From NCBI RefSeq assembly GCF_009914755.1, contig NC_060932.1: 64,000 nt of DNA; one strand, written 5' to 3'. Shown piece after piece: positions 56,510 to 64,000 of the stretch. Position 1 is the first letter of the stretch. The number at the start of each line of letters is the position of its first letter. The notes under the pieces are model-generated. The model ran no database searches, was not told the DNA's origin, and saw nothing but the letters and a program-made list of their open reading frames with translations. This DNA comes from the human T2T-CHM13v2.0 reference genome, Homo sapiens. The position numbers and the translations under genes were made by a program.

Positions 56510-59500
56510 TCTTAAACCTTATCAGATCCTACCATCCATTTATCCTACCACCTTTCCACTGTCCATCATTTTCTTCATATACTCACTTCCTTTCACAGCT
56601 TAAATCTACAGTTCAACTTCATAATTATTTTCTTGCACATATTCTCAACTCCCTTGCCTCTCTCAGCTTCTCACTCTCTCCTGGTGAAACCCTAATACTG
56701 GGGAAGCCATCACTCCATCTATTCTGTCCTTGTATCCTTGCAGTTGAAAGAATCTGCAGAAAAACATACTACCATGCTGACTGGTCTCACTTTTAATGCC
56801 TGGCCAGTCTGCACAAGTGGGCTCTTAATGCTGCCCAACAATCAAACCATATTTCCCTAGTCATTCGCACTCCCACCCTGTATAATTGTTTCATATCTTC
56901 TAGTCTCACCTCAAACCTCCATCAACTACTTGTTCATCCTAATTTTCAGCTGACAATCATGCTTCCTGTATCTCTGAGAAAATAAAAGTGGAAGAGAATC
57001 CCCATAAGCTTCCATCACCATCACATCTACTCATCTCATATATGTACCTCCTTACACTCTTTTTTACCGTTAATACAGATTAGTTGTCCACACTTCTATG
57101 CAAGCTTAATGCTTCATCTTGTCTACTCCTGCTCAAGAACATCACACTTACAAATATTCCCAATTCCCTCTTCTTTTCCATATCACAAATGTTTCTCCCC
57201 CTGCTGAAATCTTTCCCATATGCATAAAAGCATGCTAACATTGCTACCATCTTAAATAACAACGATAATGATAAATTCTCTCATTGTCTTACTACCCTTC
57301 CAGGTTAAACTCCATTACACTCCTTCCCTTTAAACAAAACTCCTAATTCAGAGTTGTCTATATTCAATGTATCTAATTTACCTGCACTCATTCTCTTTTG
57401 AATCAACTCCAGGCAGCCCCAGCCAAACTGCTCTCATGAAGAGAAAATATGAATCCCTTTCATATTTGATTGTTAAATTCTACAAGAAATACTCAGTCCT
57501 CTTATTTTTATTTTTTAATATATTTTTATTTCAATACCTTTTTGGGTACAAGTAGTTTTTTGTTAAATGGATAAATTATATAGTCATGAATTCTGAGATT
57601 CTAGTGCATCTGTCACATAAGTAGTGTACATTGTACCCAATATGCAGTTTTTTTAATCACACATACCCCTTCCAACCTCCCCCTATGAGTCTCCAAAGTC
57701 AATTATATCACTCTGTATGCCTTTGCGTACTCATATCTTAGCTTTCATTTAACAAGTGAGAACACATGGTATTTGGTTTTCCATTCCTTAGTTACTTCGT
57801 TTAGAATAATGGCCTCCAATTCCATGCAGAAATCCTCTAGTGAGGGTTTCTATTTCTTCCTGATTTAATCTAGGAGAGTTTTATGTTTCTAGGAACTTAT
57901 CCATTTTCTCTAGGTTTTTTATGTGTGCATAGAGGTGTTGATGGTAGTCTCAAATGATCATTTGTATCTTTTGTATTTCTGTGATGTTGGTTGTAATTTC
58001 TCCAGTTTTATTTCTAACTGAGCTTATTTGAATCTTCTTTCTTTTGTTGGTTAATCTAGCTAATGGTCTATCAATTTTGTTTATAATTTCAAATAACTAA
58101 TTTTGTTTCATTGATCTTTTGTATTGTGTTTTGTTTCAATTTTATTAAGTTCTGCTCTGATCTTCGTTATTTCTTTTCTTCTGCTAGCTTTGGGTTTAGT
58201 TTGGGTAGACAGTTTCTCCTGATTATTCTTGAACTTATTTTTTATTTGTATTTTGTTAAATTTATTTTCCCCCTTTAAGGATGTGACTTTTAATGTTTAT
58301 AGTTTATAGCTTAATTTGGCTCTTGGTGCTTTCAGGGCTGAAGACTGTGTATGAGTTCCTTGGTTATAGAGAGTCTTTGTATGATGGCTTCCTCAGATGC
58401 TGGTTGCAGTACCAACGTGCTCGGTGAGTGAGCAAGTTCACTGTCTCCTATAGGGTTGGAATGACAGAGGTATCTTGAAGTGTATTTGATTCCCCCTTGG
58501 TGTGTACTTCTTTATTTATTCCCCAGTATTTTATTTACTGGATTGAATGCTTCAGGATTGGGGCCAATAGGAAAGGTGTCCACAGATTAAAACCAGCTGT
58601 AGCTAAAGCAGGTGGGTAAATGCAACATTCAATGGTGGGCAGAAGTCCCAGCCTTGACAGAAGTGGCTGGGGGCACCCTCAGTGAAACACACTGAGGTCT
58701 TATCAGAGGGAATGGCCATAACCATCTCAGCTCCCCTGCCAGGCCAACAGGAAAGCTATCCACCTCCCAGACACACTCCTGACCAAGTGTTCCAGCTGTT
58801 CAGATCAGACAAGTGCCTCTTTTCATCGGCAGAAATGCTGATGTACCAAGTAGAGAGGAAATGTGACCCTACCTCTCATGCAAGCCTGCACCTGGAAGGT
58901 GCTCCTCCTGTGGAGATGCAGTCACCCTGAAGTGTTACAGAAAGCCTGTGTATAGGTGCACTCATGCTAAGCTCCTGTGGGGAGAACACCAGCTGTGTCT
59001 GCAGTGGTGGACAAGGAGTAGAAGAACCCCCCCTTCTCCGAGATCCTTCATGGGCACCAGGGCCTCCTGATTGTTGGGGCAAAACTGCAGACTTTCCCGG
59101 TTGAACCCAGCATTGCAACTGTGCATCTGCTGAAAGAAACTTCCCACCAGCAGAAAGATCTGGGACTCAAGCCTGCCATCCAGGTTCCTTTGTCCTACAG
59201 GGTGTTTCCTTGATGAGCTGCACTCTCCCTTCCCCTAGGAGTAGGAGCCCCTGAGGGCCAGACTACTGTGAATGCTGTTGCCCCTGAGTCAAGTTGCCCA
59301 GTGGGGCTGGTAAACTCCAGGCTGGTTCTGGGGAATGTCTTCAAGGGATCCAGAGATGTGACCTGTCTTTAAGTTTCCCAGGAGTGTGTACTAGCACCAG
59401 CTCTGATGGGGGTGGCAAGGGAGTGATGTAGATCCTGTGAAATTCCTTGGTTATAGATAGCCTTAGTGTGTTGGCTTTCTCAAATGCTGGTTGTAGTAGT

Positions 59501-61130
59501 AATGAACTGGTCACATGTACAGACTTAGGACCTCCTGGTTAGCCAGGGTTGTGTAGGCAATGGTGACAGCTGAGGTCACACACAAGTTTTCTCCTTCCTG
59601 GGTGTGGTATTATTCAACTTGGAGATGCTGTAATGGACTGCGTCAGCTAGCCTCCAGCCAAAATGTGGCACTTGCAAAAGAGCACCAGCTATGGTAGTAG
59701 CAGTGGGATTTGTGCTTGCTTTATGTTACCCAAGAGAGGTACTCCGGTTTCTCAGGTGGTGGGCATAAAGCTCCCAAAAGTTTCTGTCCTTTGTGTTAAG
59801 ATACCAGGCAGGTAGAGGGGCAAAGCCAGGTGGGGGCTGAGTTAGGCAGGTCTTTGGTCTGACTCTCCATGTGCAGAGCAAGCAGCAGCCCCTGTGGGAG
59901 TCAGAAGACAGTTCTCTGGACCCTGGGGTAATGTTCCAAAGAGGAGCATAGCTGCCTCTGTTGAACAGAAAAGTACTGCAGGAAATGTGGAGTAGCAGGC
60001 AGTGGTAAGTCCCACCCAGCTCCCACACACTTGGCAAGGCAGATCTCACACCCACAGCTTTCTACTAGCAGCAACGACCCTAAGTTCCAGGCCATCTGAG
60101 CACAGAACTCAAAACTCCCCCAGGCCATATACCTTCTCTGCAGGGATAACAACCACAGCTTTCAAGCCATGCATGAAAAGCGCACCTGCACGACAGGGGT
60201 GCCCAGCTCCTATGCTCATGATTGCAGCACACTTCCCACTTACCCCCCAGTTCTGGCTAAAGGAGTTCTTCCCTACTCAAGGTTGTATCACAAAGTTCAG
60301 TTGGGAGCTTCTTCCAACATAAGACCACTGCCTGAGTCAGTTGCCAGACTTCTGCAAGGTCCCATATGAGTCAGAATAGGTAATGGCTTCCCTTGGTCCA
60401 CACTGGAGACTGGGAATGTACACAAAGCTCTTCCTGCTGCCACTCCTACTTTTATATTGCTCACCCTCCTAAATTAGTTCTAGTACTGTATAGGATTAAT
60501 GCCTTCCCCTGTGGCCTGGATTTCCAGGTTCCCTAGTGGGGGTGTATACCCTAGAAGCAGTCTCACCCCATCACACACTCTGGGGACTCACAGTTTCTTG
60601 CCTGACTCATGGTGTAGGCTGCAGCCTGCCACTTCTTTCAAATAATCTGTAGATTTCAGTTTTCCTGTTAAGTTCCTGCATTGCTTCTTGGAAAAAAGCT
60701 CACAGTGTGAATATGTACACACTATTTTGTCTCCAGGTGGGAGAAGCATGCAAACACTGCCTCCAATCTGACATCTTGGGGGAAAAATATCCTCATATTT
60801 TTAATGCATCAACAGTATTTGACACATTCACTCCTTCTTGAAATACTTTTATCAGTTGGCCTCCAGGACACCACACATAATTGGTTTTCTTCACTGGCTA
60901 CTCATTGAGTCACACTTGCTACTTCCTTTTCATTTCCCTGTTTTCTAAACATTGGGATATGTTAGGACTTAATCTTTTGACTATACGTATACATATATAT
61001 ACATATACACACACACACACACACACATGCACACACTATTTTTCTCAGTGACATCATCCAGTTTCATAGCTTTAAATTTCATATGCTCATGAGTCTCAAA
61101 TTTTTGTCTCTATCCCAGACCCCTCCCCTG
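56510..61130 (+). mobile_element. L2 fragments (~56510-57500 and ~60790-61130) split by L1PB
   Basis: tcagtcct...|...atttgacacattcactccttcttgaaatac continuity of L2 ORF2 sequence. Confidence 0.7.
57503..60785 (-). mobile_element. L1PB/L1MA1-type element with two large internal deletions
   Basis: 3'UTR 57503-57826, ORF2 piece ~57843-58205, long 5'UTR ~58206-60785 ending ...gacatcttgggggaaaa. Confidence 0.75.
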
Positions 61131-61134
61131 AATT

Positions 61135-62464
61135 GTTGTAATTAGTTCCACTATATAATTTACATTCAACAAAATTCATCAATTTGCAGTATACACTTTG
61201 ATGAGTTTTGGCAAACGAATATAGTCGTGTAACCACTACCAAAATCAAGATATAAAACATTTCCATCATTCCAATCCTTTGCCATCAATCCCTTCTCTCC
61301 ACCCTTTGTCCCTGGTAACCAACAATCTTCCTCCTATCATTAGAGTTCTGTCTTTTGTAGAACCTCAGATAAAAGGTATCACACATTTTGTGGTATTTTG
61401 AGAATAGCTTCTTTCACTTAGGACAATGCTTTTGAGACTCATCTACATTATTGCATCTCTCAATAGTTCTTTCCTTTTTATTGCTGAGTAGAATTTTACA
61501 TATGAATGTACAATTTATGTATTCATTCATTTGCATTCCCTTAATAACTAATAATGTTGACCATCTTTTCATATGCTGTTTACCATTCACATAATTCATT
61601 TGGTAGAGTGCCTACAAATCTTTCACCTATTTTTGTTATCAGATGTTTTATCTTCTTATTATTGAGTTGTAAGAATTCTTTTTATATTATAGCTACAAGC
61701 CTTTCATCAGATGTATGCTTTGCCAATATTTTCTATCTGTAGTTTGCCTTTTCCTCTTCTTAACAGTGTTTTAAGAAACAAACATTTTTAATTTCAATTA
61801 ATTCTTTTTTTACCATTTATTTTTCCTATGGTTCATACATTTTGTGTCCTATCTAAGAAGCATCTGCCTAATCAAGGTTACAAAGATATTTGCCTGTGCT
61901 TTCTTCTATAATTTTATAGTGTACAGTCCATTTAAAGCTAATTTTTATAGTATGTATGGTAAGGGTTAAGGCCCAGATGGCTATCAAATTGTTCCAGTAC
62001 CTTTTGCACCTACTGCAAAGACCATCCTTTCCTCTAATTAATTATCTTAAAAACTTTGTCAAAAATAAATTGACTACATGTGTATCTATCTATTCTGGGA
62101 CTTATATTTGTTTCTATTTTTCTATTTGTCTCTCTCTATGCCAATGTCATGCTATTTAATAACTACAGCTTTACAAAAGAGTAGAGATCAGCCAGGCACA
62201 GTGGCTCACACCTGTAATCCCAGCACTTTGCAAGGCTGAGGCAGGTGGATCACGAGGTAAAGATATCGAGACCATCCTGGCTAACACAGTGAAACCCCGT
62301 CTCTACTAAAAATACAAAAAATTAGCCAGGCATGGTGGTGGGCACCTGTAGTCCCAGCTACTCAGGAGGCTGAGGCAGGAGAATGGCGTGAACTGGGAAG
62401 CAGAGCTTGCAGTGAGCTGAGATCGCGCCACCACACTCCAGCTGGGGTGACAGAGCGAGACTCC

Positions 62465-62495
<31 letters not shown>

Positions 62496-63110
62496 CTAGA
62501 GATCAGATATTATATATGTTCTCAAATTTTGTTCTTTTCTAACACTTGTTGCAAAGCTTATGAACTTTTGGACTGACATATAAATTCTTGAGTTGATTTG
62601 TCAATTTTTACCAAAGAGCTACCGGGATTTCAATAAACATGGAATCAGTTTGGGGACATTTGATATTTTAACAATTAATCTCCCAAGCTGTGAACAAGGT
62701 TTATATCTCCATTTATTAAAGTTTTATCTAATTTCTTTCAGTATATTTTGTGCTTTTGAGTATACACATTGTATACATATTTTATGACATTTATCCCTAT
62801 AATTTTTAAATTTTATTGCCATCAAGATAAGTGCCATAAAAATGGCATTATTAAGTTAATGTAAAATCCCAATTGTCGATTGTAACTATATAGAAATATA
62901 ATGAATTTCTGAATATTGACCTTGCATCCTGCAGCCTTGTGAAACTTACTTATTAGTTCCAGTAGCGTAATTCTTCAGTTTTTTTAAAAAGTGGATTATC
63001 ATGTTATCTGCAAATAAAAACACTTTCTTTTCTCTATGTATTTTGTTTCTTTTTCTTGCCAAACTTCACTAGCTAGGAATCACAATAAAACACAGAAAGA
63101 AAGTAGTATA
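61135..63110 (-). mobile_element. Old L1M (MC/ME) 3' and ORF2 fragments
   Basis: gtaaccactaccaaaatcaagatata...tttattgctgagtag...atattgaccttgcatcctgc. Confidence 0.75.
62190..62495 (+). mobile_element. AluY
   Basis: Full dimer, gaatggcgtgaac and gagcttgcag; TSD tagagatcag. Confidence 0.92.
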
Positions 63111-63195
63111 TGTGGACAGGAGGTGAAATAGAAGTATATTGTTGAAGGTTTCATTCACTGTGTGGGAAATGATTTGTCATCTGGTGGTAGACTGT

Positions 63196-63352
63196 TGTGT
63201 TAGTTACCTATTGCTGAATAACAAAATACCCCAAACTTAGCAGCTTAAAACAGCAATAAACATTTATGATCTCCCACAGTTTCTGTGCATCTGGATGGGT
63301 TTAGCTGGGTGGTTCTGGCTAAGGGTCTCTCATGAAGTTGCAGTCAAGATGT
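63196..63352 (-). mobile_element. MLT1 (F/G/H-type) LTR fragment interrupted by L1PA
   Basis: ctattgctgaataacaaaataccccaaacttagcagcttaaaac...ctcatgaagttgcagtcaagatg. Confidence 0.75.
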
Positions 63353-64000
63353 GGAAAGGGGGTGGAGCCAAGATGGCTGAACAGGAACAGCTCCAGTCTA
63401 CAGCTCCCAGCATGAGTGATGCAGAAGATGGGTGATTTCCGCATTTCCAACTGAGGTACTGGGTTCATCTCACTGGGGAGTGTCGGAAAGTGGGTACAGG
63501 ACAGTGGGTGCAGCACACCAAGCGTGAGCCGAAGTAGGGGGAGGCATTGCCTCACCCGGGAAGTTCAAGGGGTCGGGGAATTCCCTTTCCTAGTCAAAGA
63601 AAGGGGTGACAGACGGCACCTGGAAAATCGGGTCACTCCCACCCTAATACTGCGCATTTCCAACAGTCTTAGCAAAGGGCACACCAGGAGATTATAGCCC
63701 ACGCCTGGCTCGGAGGGTCCTACGCCCACGGAGCCTCGCTCATTGCTAGCCCAGCAGTCTGAGATCAAACTGCAAGATGGCAGCGAGGCTGGCGGAGGGG
63801 CGCCCACCATTGCCAAGGCTTGAGTAGGTAAACAAAGTGGCCAGGAAGCTTGAACTGGGTGGAGCCCACTGCAGCTCAAGGAGGCCTGCCTGCCTCTGTA
63901 GATGCCACCTCTGGGGGCAGGGCATTGCCAAACAAAAGGCAGCAGAAACCTCTGCAGACTTAAATGTCCCTGTCTGACAGCTTTGAAGAGAGTAATGGTT
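63353..64000 (+). mobile_element. L1PA3/4 5'UTR with intact 5' start (runs off the window)
   Basis: ggagccaagatggc (YY1 site)...aggaacagctcc...gagatcaaactgcaag...ctctgcagacttaaatgtccc. Confidence 0.95.
63565..63810 (-). CDS. ORF0: L1 ORF0 homologue (81 aa), antisense in the 5'UTR
   Basis: MVGAPPPASLPSCSLISDCWASNERGSVGVGPSEPGVGY...IRVGVTRFSRC closely matches primate L1 ORF0; no internal stop. Confidence 0.75.
   Translation of the reverse strand: MVGAPPPASLPSCSLISDCWASNERGSVGVGPSEPGVGYNLLVCPLLRLLEMRSIRVGVTRFSRCRLSPLSLTRKGNSPTP

Noticed and set aside
57820-58215. Internally deleted L1PB as a spliced L1 retrocopy
   Set aside because: Junctions show caaa microhomology and a short filler rather than recognisable splice boundaries; ordinary deletions are more likely

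Overview
Human genomic DNA, identified by an AluYb-lineage element and an SVA. Most of the window is nested interspersed repeats: several full-length or near-full-length L1s of different ages, Alus, an SVA, a complete THE1 MaLR provirus, solo LTRs, Tigger1, and MIR/L2 relics. Nearly all ORFs in the supplied track are repeat-derived. Subfamily names are judged by eye from remembered consensus sequences and need RepeatMasker confirmation. The only non-repeat genic signal is a candidate minus-strand spliced transcript: a promoter-like first exon near 24.1 kb and exons at 22862-22997, 2658-2748, 2441-2486 and ending at 2095. These splice in consistent phase into a roughly 72-aa ORF that I cannot name. 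The most unusual structures are (1) a tail-out fold-back L1 insertion that duplicates both the L1 3' end and a transduced flank, (2) a composite block of old L1, MLT1A and AluJ with a flanking duplication, inserted into a younger L1, (3) a MER4 LTR with about 68-bp terminal inverted repeats, (4) templated inverted insertions inside an L1, (5) a long open THE1 internal ORF, and (6) an intact L1 ORF0. No RNA genes, CRISPR arrays or prokaryotic-type systems were seen.
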